A stretch of 16,989 nucleotides of DNA from a virus. This document shows, one piece after another, positions 6,602 through 14,917 of the stretch. The DNA is taken from UHGV virus genome UHGV-0048692; one strand, 5' to 3'. Numbering within the stretch: the stretch's first letter is position 1; every line of letters starts with the position of its first letter. The translations under genes and the position numbers were made by a program. Under the pieces are notes generated by a model. It saw only the letters and a list, made by a program, of their open reading frames with translations. It ran no database searches and had not been told where the DNA came from.

Positions 6602-7660
6602 ATGAAGAAGAATACCCGCTTTGCTTTTAACGCTTACCTGCAGCAACTGGCGCGTCTGAACGGTGTGGCAGTTGAAGAACTGTCCAGCAAGTTCACCGTA
6701 GAGCCGTCCGTGCAGCAGACATTGGAAGACCAGATCCAGCAGTCCGCCGCTTTCCTGACGCTGATTAACGTCACGCCAGTGACTGAGCAGTCCGGTCAGC
6801 TGCTGGGGTTGGGAGTTGGCAGCACCATTGCCGGAACCACTGATACCACCGCGAAAGAGCGTGAACCTATCGATCCGACGCTGATGGTCGATGTGGAATA
6901 TAAATGCGAGCAGACCAACTTTGACACGGTACTGACCTACGCGAAGCTGGACCTGTGGGCGAAGTTTCAGGATTTTCAGGTGCGTATCCGTGACGCCATC
7001 GTGAAACGTCAGGCACTGGACCGCATCATGATCGGCTTTAACGGCGTGAAGCGTGCGAAAACCTCCAACCGTAGCGAAAACCCGTTACTGCAGGATGTGA
7101 ATAAAGGCTGGCTGCAGAAAATCCGTGAGGATGCACCGGATCACGTCATGGGCAGCACCACCACGGGCGGTGAAACCACACCGGGTGCGGTGAAAGTCGG
7201 GAAAGGTGGCGAATATGCCAACCTGGACGCCGTGGTGATAGATGCCGTTAATGAGCTTATCGACGTGGTCTATCAGGACGATGACGATCTGGTGGTGATT
7301 TGCGGTCGTGAACTGCTGTCTGACAAGTATTTCCCGCTGGTCAACAAAGAGCAGGAAAACAGTGAAAAACTGGCTGCCGATATGATCATCAGTCAGAAAC
7401 GCATGGGTGGCCTGCAGGCCGTGCGTGCGCCGTTCTTCCCGCCGAATGCGCTGCTGATCACCCGTCTGGATAACCTGTCCATCTACTGGCAGGAAGACAC
7501 CCGCCGCCGTTCAGTTATCGACAACCCGAAACGTGACCGGATTGAAAACTTTGAATCCGTTAACGAAGCCTATGTGGTTGAGGACTACCGCTGCGCCGCA
7601 CTGGTGGAAAACATCCAGATTGGTGATTTCAGCGCCGCCGCAGCCGAAACCGGAGCGTAA
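6602..7660 (+). CDS. N: Major capsid protein, P2 gpN-like, 352 aa
   Basis: Position after O and size (P2 N about 357 aa). Confidence 0.9.
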   Translation: MKKNTRFAFNAYLQQLARLNGVAVEELSSKFTVEPSVQQTLEDQIQQSAAFLTLINVTPVTEQSGQLLGLGVGSTIAGTTDTTAKEREPIDPTLMVDVEYKCEQTNFDTVLTYAKLDLWAKFQDFQVRIRDAIVKRQALDRIMIGFNGVKRAKTSNRSENPLLQDVNKGWLQKIREDAPDHVMGSTTTGGETTPGAVKVGKGGEYANLDAVVIDAVNELIDVVYQDDDDLVVICGRELLSDKYFPLVNKEQENSEKLAADMIISQKRMGGLQAVRAPFFPPNALLITRLDNLSIYWQEDTRRRSVIDNPKRDRIENFESVNEAYVVEDYRCAALVENIQIGDFSAAAAETGA

Positions 7661-7663
7661 TCC

Positions 7664-8314
7664 ATGAGCCTGAGTCCCGCACGGCAGCATCGCCTGCGCG
7701 TTCAGGCTGAACAGGCCGCCCGCGAGGGCGGCAGTGTTCGCCACGCATCGGGCTATGACCTGATGCTGCTGCAACTGGCGGAAGACCGCCGCCGTCTCAA
7801 GGGCGTTCAGTCCACGGTCAAAAAAGCGGAAATCAAGGTGGAGCTGCTGCCGAAGTACGCCGCCTGGGCGGAGGGCGTCCTGGCTGCCGGAGGCGCTCAA
7901 CAGGATGACGTGCTGATGTACGTGATGCTGTGGCGCATTGATGCCGGAGATTATGCCGGGGCGCTGGAGATCGGGCGTCATGCCCTGCGTCATGGCTGGG
8001 TGATGCCGCTGGGTAACCGCAACGTGCAGACCGTGCTGGCAGAGGAAATGGCAGATGCAGCGCAGAGCGCAATGCTTGCCGCCACCGACTTTGATGCCGA
8101 TCTGTTGCTGCAGACGCTGGAGCTGACAGACGGTCTGGATATGCCGGACCAGTCACGGGCGCGTCTGCATAAAGCGATTGGCGCTGTCCTGAGTGAAAGC
8201 AATCCGGCTTCCGCCCTTAATCATCTCAACCATGCGTTACAGCTCGATCCCCGCTGTGGCGTGAAAAAAGACAAACAGCAGCTGGAGCGCAGACTGCGCA
8301 ATGACAGCCGCTGA
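7664..8314 (+). CDS. M: Terminase small (endonuclease) subunit, P2 gpM-like, 216 aa
   Basis: Position after N. Arg-rich N-terminus. Confidence 0.8.
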   Translation: MSLSPARQHRLRVQAEQAAREGGSVRHASGYDLMLLQLAEDRRRLKGVQSTVKKAEIKVELLPKYAAWAEGVLAAGGAQQDDVLMYVMLWRIDAGDYAGALEIGRHALRHGWVMPLGNRNVQTVLAEEMADAAQSAMLAATDFDADLLLQTLELTDGLDMPDQSRARLHKAIGAVLSESNPASALNHLNHALQLDPRCGVKKDKQQLERRLRNDSR

Positions 8315-8409
8315 CAGAACGTGCCCCCGCGCACGGGCGGCACGGGGTGGCGAAAGGCACTGCCACATCAAAACCCCGTCCACCGCCCTCTATTTCAGGA
8401 GAAAGCAGC

Positions 8410-8874
8410 ATGAAGTTTGTTGCGCCAGAACAGGCACCGGAACAGGCGGAAATCATCAGAAATACGCCGTTCTGGCCTGATGTGGACCTGTCGGAGTTTC
8501 GCTGTGTCATGCGCACTGACGGCACGGTGACGCAGCCGCGTTTAAAGCAGGTTGCGCTGTCGGCAATTTCGGAGGTCAACGCAGAGCTGTATGAGTTTCG
8601 CAGACGTCAGCAGATGCTGGGATATGCCTCGCTGGCAGAGGTTCCGGCGGAACAGCTGGACGGCAAAAGTGAGCGCATTCATCACTATTTCAACGCGGTT
8701 TACTGCTGGGCACGCGCCATGCTCAACGAGCGTTATCAGGACTATGACGCCACGGCATCCGGTGTGAAGCGGGGCGAGGAACTGGCGGAAGCAAGCGGTG
8801 ATTTGTGGCGTGACGCCCGCTGGGCCATCAGCCGGGTGCAGGATGCGCCGCACTGCACAGTGGAGCTTATCTGA
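8410..8874 (+). CDS. L: Head completion/stabilisation protein, P2 gpL-like, 154 aa
   Basis: ATG at 8410 preceded by AGGAGAAA. The track's longer ORF from 8347 lacks an SD. ATGA overlap with X. Confidence 0.75.
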   Translation: MKFVAPEQAPEQAEIIRNTPFWPDVDLSEFRCVMRTDGTVTQPRLKQVALSAISEVNAELYEFRRRQQMLGYASLAEVPAEQLDGKSERIHHYFNAVYCWARAMLNERYQDYDATASGVKRGEELAEASGDLWRDARWAISRVQDAPHCTVELI

Positions 8875-9077
8875 TGAAAGTGCGTGCGCATCAGTATGAC
8901 ACGGTGGACGCGCTTTGCTGGCGTCATTACGGGCGCACGCAGGGTGTCACGGAGCAGGTACTGAAGGCAAATCCGGGGCTTGCCGAATACGGCCCCTTTT
9001 TACCTCACGGGCTGCAGGTGGAGCTGCCGGACATTCCGACAACCACCACCGTGCAGACCGTCCAGCTATGGGACTGA
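8874..9077 (+). CDS. X: Tail protein X, 67 aa
   Basis: Exactly the size of P2 gpX, in the P2 position. Confidence 0.75.
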   Translation: MKVRAHQYDTVDALCWRHYGRTQGVTEQVLKANPGLAEYGPFLPHGLQVELPDIPTTTTVQTVQLWD

Positions 9078-9080
9078 ATT

Positions 9081-9296
9081 ATGACGCTTGAGCGAATCAG
9101 CGCCTTTATCACGTATTGCATCGCCGTCGTGCTGGCCTGGCTGGGCGATTTGTCCATCAAGGATGCCTCAACGCTGGGCGGCCTGATGATTGGTGTGCTG
9201 ATGCTGGCTATCAACTGGTACTACAAACACAAAGCCTACCAGCTTCTGCGCGACGGGCAGATCACGCGGGAGGACTATGAATCCATCAATCGTTAA
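9081..9296 (+). CDS. Holin, probably pinholin-like (71 aa, two TM helices)
   Basis: Two hydrophobic helices and a charged C-terminus. Immediately upstream of, and overlapping, the endolysin gene. Confidence 0.6.
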   Translation: MTLERISAFITYCIAVVLAWLGDLSIKDASTLGGLMIGVLMLAINWYYKHKAYQLLRDGQITREDYESINR

Positions 9297-9789
9297 ACGC
9301 TGCCTTGTCGGGGCCGTGCTGGCTATTGCTGCCACGCTGCCGGGTTTTCAGCAGCTTCACACCTCCGTGGAGGGGCTGAAACTGATTGCTGATTACGAAG
9401 GCTGTCGTCTGCAGCCGTATCAGTGTAGCGCGGGTGTCTGGACCGACGGCATTGGTAATACGTCGGGCGTCATTCCCGGCAAAACCATTACGGAGCGACA
9501 GGCAGCAGAAGGGCTGATCTCCAACGTGCTGCGTGTGGAGCGGGCGCTGGAAAGGTGTGTGAAGCAACAGCCGCCGCAGAAGGTGTATGACGCTGCGGTG
9601 TCGTTTGCCTTCAACGTGGGAACGGGCAATGCCTGCAGTTCCACACTGGTGAAATTACTCAATCAGCGGCGCTGGGCGGATGCGTGCCGACAGTTGCCGC
9701 GCTGGGTTTATGTGAAAGGTGTTTTTAATCAGGGGCTGGATAACCGCCGTGCGCGGGAGATGGCCTGGTGCTTACAGGGAGCAAACTGA
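9277..9789 (+). CDS. K: Endolysin, T4-lysozyme-like (GH24) with an N-terminal signal-anchor-release (SAR) domain, 170 aa
   Basis: Gly/Ala-rich weakly hydrophobic N-terminus (LVGAVLAIAATLPGF) followed by an EGLKL...D...T catalytic motif like T4 lysozyme and P21 R. Confidence 0.8.
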   Translation: MNPSIVKRCLVGAVLAIAATLPGFQQLHTSVEGLKLIADYEGCRLQPYQCSAGVWTDGIGNTSGVIPGKTITERQAAEGLISNVLRVERALERCVKQQPPQKVYDAAVSFAFNVGTGNACSSTLVKLLNQRRWADACRQLPRWVYVKGVFNQGLDNRRAREMAWCLQGAN

Positions 9790-9790
9790 A

Positions 9791-10168
9791 ATGAAAAAGA
9801 AAGTAATCAGCGGGCTGTTTCTGATGTTATGGATGGCGCTGTTGATCGCAGCAATGGTGTATCCACAGGGGATTTTTCCGGTACTGGCAGCGTCCGGTGT
9901 CTGGGTAGCCTGTCTGCTGACATGGGCGGTAATTCCGGTAGCACTGGCTGCGTTAATTAAGAACGGCCCGCTCTGGCAGGAGTTGAGGGCATCTTTGCTA
10001 AAGACCATTACCCGAAAAGAAAACGTATTTATCAGCTGGGTGATGCGATTGCTGATTGTCGTAAGTTTCGCCTGGACGGGGTGGGCTATTACCCTGGTCT
10101 TTTATCTGCTGACCGTTATTGCCTTCTGGATGATCCGTAATCAGATTGCGCAACAGGTAGCAGCATGA
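9791..10168 (+). CDS. lysA: LysA-like polytopic membrane protein, 125 aa
   Basis: ATG 2 nt after the endolysin stop, with GGGAG upstream. Several TM helices. Position as P2 lysA. Confidence 0.6.
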   Translation: MKKKVISGLFLMLWMALLIAAMVYPQGIFPVLAASGVWVACLLTWAVIPVALAALIKNGPLWQELRASLLKTITRKENVFISWVMRLLIVVSFAWTGWAITLVFYLLTVIAFWMIRNQIAQQVAA

Positions 10169-10593
10169 ACCGGTTGCTGCTGGTTGTGCTGGCGTTATTA
10201 CTGGCGGCGCTGGGCTGGCAGACGTGGCGGCTGGCTGATGCCAGCCAGACCATCAGCACGCAGGCAGACGAGCTTCGGAGCAAAAGCCAGGCACTGGCAA
10301 AGAGCAACAGCCAGCTTATCAGCCTGTCCATTCTGACTGAAACCAATAACCGGGAGCAGGCGCGGCTCTATGCCGAAGCAGAACAGACCAGTGTACTGCT
10401 GAGACAACGACAACACCGGATTGAGGAACTGAAACGTGAGAACGAGGATTTACGCCGCTGGGCTGATACTCCTTTGCCTGCTGACATTATCCGGCTGCGG
10501 GAACGCCCCACACTCACCGGAGGTGCAGCTTACCGTCAGTGGTTGTCCGCGAGTGACGCCGTGTCGGCTGGGGCAGGCAGCGCCGCGCACTAA
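10165..10593 (+). CDS. lysB: Inner-membrane spanin (Rz-like), P2 LysB-like, 142 aa
   Basis: N-terminal TM helix followed by a long coiled-coil region. ATGA overlap with lysA. Confidence 0.7.
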   Translation: MNRLLLVVLALLLAALGWQTWRLADASQTISTQADELRSKSQALAKSNSQLISLSILTETNNREQARLYAEAEQTSVLLRQRQHRIEELKRENEDLRRWADTPLPADIIRLRERPTLTGGAAYRQWLSASDAVSAGAGSAAH

Positions 10594-10726
10594 CGGTGAC
10601 CTGAACGCGTTGCTGGATGAAACGGAGGCCGCCTGGGCGGTCTGTGCAGACAAAGTGGACATGATTATTGCGTGTCAGGAGCGAAACAGTGAACAAACCA
10701 CAATCCCTGCGCCACGCCCTCAATAA
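10436..10726 (+). CDS. lysC: Outer-membrane lipoprotein spanin (Rz1-like), P2 LysC-like, 96 aa
   Basis: Starts in the +1 frame inside lysB and runs past its end. Lipobox LTLSGC with Cys; Pro-rich mature part. Confidence 0.7.
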   Translation: MRTRIYAAGLILLCLLTLSGCGNAPHSPEVQLTVSGCPRVTPCRLGQAAPRTNGDLNALLDETEAAWAVCADKVDMIIACQERNSEQTTIPAPRPQ

Positions 10727-11120
10727 AGCGGTGCCTTATGTCCGCAATAACCCGGACAAACTGCATCTGTTTGTGGATAACGGTTCGCTGGTTGCCACGG
10801 GGGCCAGCTCCATGTCATGGGAGTACCGCTATACCCTGAACGTGGTGATAGAGGATTTCAGCGGCGACCAGAATCTGCTGATGGCCCCGGTTTTACTGTG
10901 GCTTCGGGATAACCAGCCCGATGCCATCAATAACCCGGCGTTACGGGAAAAGCTATTCACCTTTGATGTGGATATTTTGCGCAACGATGTCTGTGATATC
11001 AGCCTTAATCTGCAACTGACGGAACGTGTGCTGGTCAGCACTGACGGCAGTGTGTCGAGCGTTGAAGCTGTAGCAGAACCCGATGAACCTGAAGAAATGT
11101 GGACGGTGAAACGTGGCTGA
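10689..11120 (+). CDS. R: Tail completion protein, P2 gpR-like (about 143 aa from GTG 10689)
   Basis: GTG at 10689 with AGGAG 7 nt upstream. The track's ORF begins at TTG 10668. Position after lysC. Confidence 0.7.
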   Translation: MNKPQSLRHALNKAVPYVRNNPDKLHLFVDNGSLVATGASSMSWEYRYTLNVVIEDFSGDQNLLMAPVLLWLRDNQPDAINNPALREKLFTFDVDILRNDVCDISLNLQLTERVLVSTDGSVSSVEAVAEPDEPEEMWTVKRG

Positions 11121-11559
11121 ACTGCAGAAGGTGGACGACTGGCTGAGTGCCTTGCTGGCGAATCTGGAACCAGTCGCAAGAAGCCGCATGATGCGCCAGC
11201 TGGCGCAGGAACTGCGCCGGACACAGCAGCAGAATATCAGGATGCAGCGCAATCCAGATGGCAGCAGTTATGAGCCGCGCAGGGTAACAGCACGCAGCAA
11301 AAAGGGGCGCATCAAACGTCAGATGTTTACAAAGCTGCGCACCACACAATACCTGAAAACTGCCGCCAGCGCCGACTCTGCCAGCGTGCAGTTTGAAGGC
11401 AAGGTACAGCGCATTGCCCGTGTTCATCACTACGGCTTACGTGATCGCGTCAGCCGCAAAGGACCGGAGGTACGGTACGCAGAGCGGCAGTTGTTGGGGA
11501 GCAACGATGAGTTAGAGGCCATCACTCATGATATTTTACTTCATTGGTTGTCAGGGTGA
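11113..11559 (+). CDS. S: Tail completion protein, P2 gpS-like, 148 aa
   Basis: Position and size (P2 S about 150 aa). Overlaps R by 8 nt. Confidence 0.8.
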   Translation: MAELQKVDDWLSALLANLEPVARSRMMRQLAQELRRTQQQNIRMQRNPDGSSYEPRRVTARSKKGRIKRQMFTKLRTTQYLKTAASADSASVQFEGKVQRIARVHHYGLRDRVSRKGPEVRYAERQLLGSNDELEAITHDILLHWLSG

Positions 11560-11560
11560 G

Positions 11561-12412
11561 TTATATAAAAGGGTTTCTATAATCACTAAAATTCCAGTTG
11601 ATATGATGATCGCTGAATTCTGCTTCTTTTAATATGACTAGGCAGTTTAATCGTTTAAATTGTGAGTAAAAATCCTTTAGTGCAAAACTGATTGTTTTAG
11701 AGCCTCTTTTCATCGGCATGGTTTGGAATTGACCATTGTGAAATAATGCGTTCCTTAAGCTACAGTAAATATCAAGTGAGATGTCATGATGTTTATTGTT
11801 TTGTTGATTTATATTAAACCCATGCTTTTTGAGGTAACGATACATGATTGGCGTAATGTTTGATTTAAAATCATTCTCACGTTCTCGAACTAATGACTCA
11901 AGGCCAGAAAAAAGTAAGTAATATGATACATCAAGATAATTTATTGGATTAGAGAAAACCAATACATTTTTATGAGGTATTGTGGTAAATGGTCGATCTC
12001 TAGCAATGATGATCTTATTTATAGCAAGTTCAATAAAGTAGCGTCTTGAGTTTTTGGAAAAGCAATCTTCAAGAATGATTTCTCCTGAACTTGATAAGTT
12101 AATATTAGGAGTTATAAAGAGAGGGTAATCTATGGGCAAGTCAAATTTATGAGTCTTATTATTTAGTTGGTGTCTGATAAATACTGCTCTCTGTTCTATA
12201 AAACTCAAAATTTTCTCTAGATGAAATATGATATTATCTGTTTCGCTCTTGTCTATGATGTCAAGTTCAAGGAGCGCAGTAAGATATAATTTTTCCTTGT
12301 CTTGTCTATATTTTTTTAATTTAAGAAAACTGGTTTCTATTGGATACATTGTCCCGAATGAAAAGTGAGTTATCTTTGTTAGAGTAAAGCCGTAAATACC
12401 AACAGTAAACAT
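11561..12412 (-). CDS. Hypothetical protein, 283 aa, strongly AT-rich moron on the opposite strand between S and V; possible abortive-infection-type protein
   Basis: Long clean ORF whose composition is clearly foreign to the phage backbone. One R-x4-H motif (RNALFH, residues 220-225, nt 11738-11755). No P2 late gene of this size at this position. Confidence 0.6.
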   Translation of the reverse strand: MFTVGIYGFTLTKITHFSFGTMYPIETSFLKLKKYRQDKEKLYLTALLELDIIDKSETDNIIFHLEKILSFIEQRAVFIRHQLNNKTHKFDLPIDYPLFITPNINLSSSGEIILEDCFSKNSRRYFIELAINKIIIARDRPFTTIPHKNVLVFSNPINYLDVSYYLLFSGLESLVRERENDFKSNITPIMYRYLKKHGFNINQQNNKHHDISLDIYCSLRNALFHNGQFQTMPMKRGSKTISFALKDFYSQFKRLNCLVILKEAEFSDHHINWNFSDYRNPFI

Positions 12413-12425
12413 TCAATCTCCATTT

Positions 12426-12443
12426 TGTATCTTCATTCATACA
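12426..12443. promoter_or_regulatory. TGT-N12-ACA dyad upstream of V (putative late promoter PV activator site)
   Basis: TGTatcttcattcatACA, centred about 55 nt upstream of the V start codon. Confidence 0.35.
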
Positions 12444-12489
12444 AATTTCTTCGCAATGGTAGGACATTCTAATGTGAGACACTTTAGAA

Positions 12490-13068
12490 ATGAACGCACA
12501 ATTAACCGAAATCATGCGCCTTATCACCAACCTGATCCGCACAGGGGTAGTCACCGAAGTGGACAGGGAAAACTGGCTTTGCCGGGTGAAAACGGGCGAG
12601 CTTGAAACCAACTGGATCAGCTGGCTGATGCTGCGTGCCGGGAATGCCCGTACATGGTGGCGACCATCGGAAGGTGAGCAGGTGGTGCTGCTGAGTCTGG
12701 GCGGCAATCTGGAAACCGCCTTTGCGCTGCCCGCTGTCTATTCGAATCAGTTCGCACCACCGTCGACGTCGGCGGACGCCTGCGTGACAGAACATCCTGA
12801 CGGTGGCTGGTTTGAATACGAACCCGCCACCGGGCGCTGGTATGTCAGGGGCATCAAATCAATGGTCATTGAGGCTGCTGACAACATCACCATGAAAACC
12901 AGTGAGTTTGTACTGGAGGCTGACCGCACGCGCATTAACAGCGAAGTGGTGATCAATGGTGGCGTTACCCAGGGCGGCGGAGCGATGAGTTCTAACGGGA
13001 TCGTGGTTGATGCGCATCAGCATACTGGCGTCCTGAAAGGCGGCGATACAACCGGAGGCCCGGTATGA
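12490..13068 (+). CDS. V: Baseplate spike/assembly protein, P2 gpV-like, 192 aa
   Basis: N-terminus and Gly-rich C-terminus resemble P2 gpV. Position before W. Confidence 0.85.
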   Translation: MNAQLTEIMRLITNLIRTGVVTEVDRENWLCRVKTGELETNWISWLMLRAGNARTWWRPSEGEQVVLLSLGGNLETAFALPAVYSNQFAPPSTSADACVTEHPDGGWFEYEPATGRWYVRGIKSMVIEAADNITMKTSEFVLEADRTRINSEVVINGGVTQGGGAMSSNGIVVDAHQHTGVLKGGDTTGGPV

Positions 13069-13424
13069 CGCTTTATAGCGGGATGAACAATACCAGCGGC
13101 AAAGTCATTACTGATATTGATCATCTGCGCCAGTCGGTGCGGGACATTCTGCTGACACCGCAGGGTAGCCGTATTGCCCGCCGGGAATATGGTTCCCTGC
13201 TGTCGGCACTGATAGATCAGCCACAAAATCCGGCATTACGCCTGCAGGTCATGTCGGCAGTGTATGTGGCGCTGAGTCGCTGGGAGCCACGGTTGACGCT
13301 GGATTCCATCACCATCAACAGCAATTTTGACGGTTCAATGGTGGTGGAGCTGACCGGGCGGCGGAATAACGGTGTGCCTGTGTCCCTTTCCGTATCAACA
13401 GGAGCAGAGAATGGCAGTGATTGA
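13065..13424 (+). CDS. W: Baseplate wedge protein, P2 gpW-like (gp25/GPW family), 119 aa
   Basis: Size and position. ATGA overlap with V. Confidence 0.85.
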   Translation: MTLYSGMNNTSGKVITDIDHLRQSVRDILLTPQGSRIARREYGSLLSALIDQPQNPALRLQVMSAVYVALSRWEPRLTLDSITINSNFDGSMVVELTGRRNNGVPVSLSVSTGAENGSD

Positions 13425-14319
13425 CCTTTCGCAGTTGCCTGCACCGCAGATTGTGGATGTGCCGGACTTTGAGACGCTGCTTGCCGAACGCAAGGCAGAA
13501 TTTGTGGCGCTTCATCCGAAAGATGAGCAGGAAGCAGTGATCCGCACGCTGGAACTGGAATCTGAACCCGTCACCAAATTGCTGCAGGAGAACGCTTACC
13601 GTGAGTTGCTTCTGCGCCAGCGCATTAACGAAGCCGCGCAGGCTGTGATGGTGGCTTACGCGATGGGCAGCGATCTTGACCAGCTCGCTGCCAACTACAA
13701 CGTGAAACGCCTGACGGTGACGCCTGCTGATAATGACGCTGTGCCGCCCGTTGCAGCTGTGATGGAAAGCGATGAAGCGTTACGCCTGCGTGTGCCTGCA
13801 GCCTTTGAAGGGCTTTCAGTTGCGGGGCCAACTGCAGCTTATGAATTTCATGCCCGAAGCGCCGACGGTCGGGTGGCGGATGCCAGTGCAACCAGCCCGG
13901 CACCTGCAGAGGTGGTGCTGACTGTCCTTAGCCGCGAAGGCGATGGAACTGCAGAAAAAAACCTGCTGGACGTGGTGGAAAAAGCTCTGAACAGTGAGAA
14001 CGTCCGCCCGGTGGCTGACCGTATTACGGTTCGCAGCGCAGAAATCATCCCGTATCGCGTGGAAGCCACCATTTTTCTCTATCCGGGACCGGAAGCAGAG
14101 CCGGTAATGGCAGCGGCAAAAGCCAGCCTGCAGAAGTACATCGCCAGTCAGACGCGTCTTGGTCGGGATATTCGCCGTAGCGCCATCTTTGCCGCCCTGC
14201 ATGTTGAGGGTGTGCAGCGTGTGGAGCTGGCTTCTCCTCTGGCGGATGTGGTCCTGAACAAAACACAGGCGGCATCATGTACGCAGTGGAGCGTAACCAA
14301 CGGAGGAACGGATGAATAG
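13411..14319 (+). CDS. J: Baseplate protein, P2 gpJ-like, 302 aa
   Basis: ATG at 13411 with AGGAG upstream gives 302 aa, the size of P2 J. The track's ORF starts earlier at GTG 13372. Confidence 0.85.
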   Translation: MAVIDLSQLPAPQIVDVPDFETLLAERKAEFVALHPKDEQEAVIRTLELESEPVTKLLQENAYRELLLRQRINEAAQAVMVAYAMGSDLDQLAANYNVKRLTVTPADNDAVPPVAAVMESDEALRLRVPAAFEGLSVAGPTAAYEFHARSADGRVADASATSPAPAEVVLTVLSREGDGTAEKNLLDVVEKALNSENVRPVADRITVRSAEIIPYRVEATIFLYPGPEAEPVMAAAKASLQKYIASQTRLGRDIRRSAIFAALHVEGVQRVELASPLADVVLNKTQAASCTQWSVTNGGTDE

Positions 14320-14917
14320 TCTGCTGCCACCGGGTTCAACACCACTGGAGCGCCGACTGGCGCAAACCTGCAGCGGGATTTCTGATCTGCAGGTGCCGCT
14401 TCGTGACTTGTGGAATCCGGCAACCTGTCCGGTCAGTTTCCTGCCTTATCTCGCCTGGGCGTTCTCTGTGGATCGCTGGGACGAGGGCTGGACAGAAAGC
14501 GTCAAGCGCCAGGTGGTGAAGGATGCTTTTTATATTCATCAGCATAAAGGGACCACCAGTGCCGTGCGGCGGGTGGTGGAGCCGTTCGGCTTTCTGATCC
14601 GCATTATTGAGTGGTGGCAGACCGGAGAGGCACCGGGCACGTTTCGCCTGGATATCGGCGTGCAGGACCAGGGCATCACTGAAGATACCTATCTGGAACT
14701 TGAGCGACTGATAAGCGATGCCAAACCATGTAGCCGCCACATGATCGGCATGTCCATCAATCTGCAGACCAGCGGCCCGCATTGGGTGGGAGCCGCCAGC
14801 TATCTTGGCGAAGAAATCACGATCTATCCGTATATCAACGAAACGATTATTTCCGGTGGCACCGCGCATGAAGGCGGGGCGGTCCATGTTATTGACACAA
14901 TGAGAGTGAATCCATGA
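14312..14917 (+). CDS. I: Baseplate/tail protein, P2 gpI-like, 201 aa
   Basis: Position between J and H. Overlaps both neighbours. Confidence 0.8.
   Translation: MNSLLPPGSTPLERRLAQTCSGISDLQVPLRDLWNPATCPVSFLPYLAWAFSVDRWDEGWTESVKRQVVKDAFYIHQHKGTTSAVRRVVEPFGFLIRIIEWWQTGEAPGTFRLDIGVQDQGITEDTYLELERLISDAKPCSRHMIGMSINLQTSGPHWVGAASYLGEEITIYPYINETIISGGTAHEGGAVHVIDTMRVNP

Noticed and set aside
8315-8409. GC-rich M-L intergenic region with short inverted repeats, considered as a terminator or promoter
   Set aside because: Stems are short and imperfect, and there is no T-tract or TGT-N12-ACA dyad. Most likely just a spacer carrying the L ribosome-binding site.
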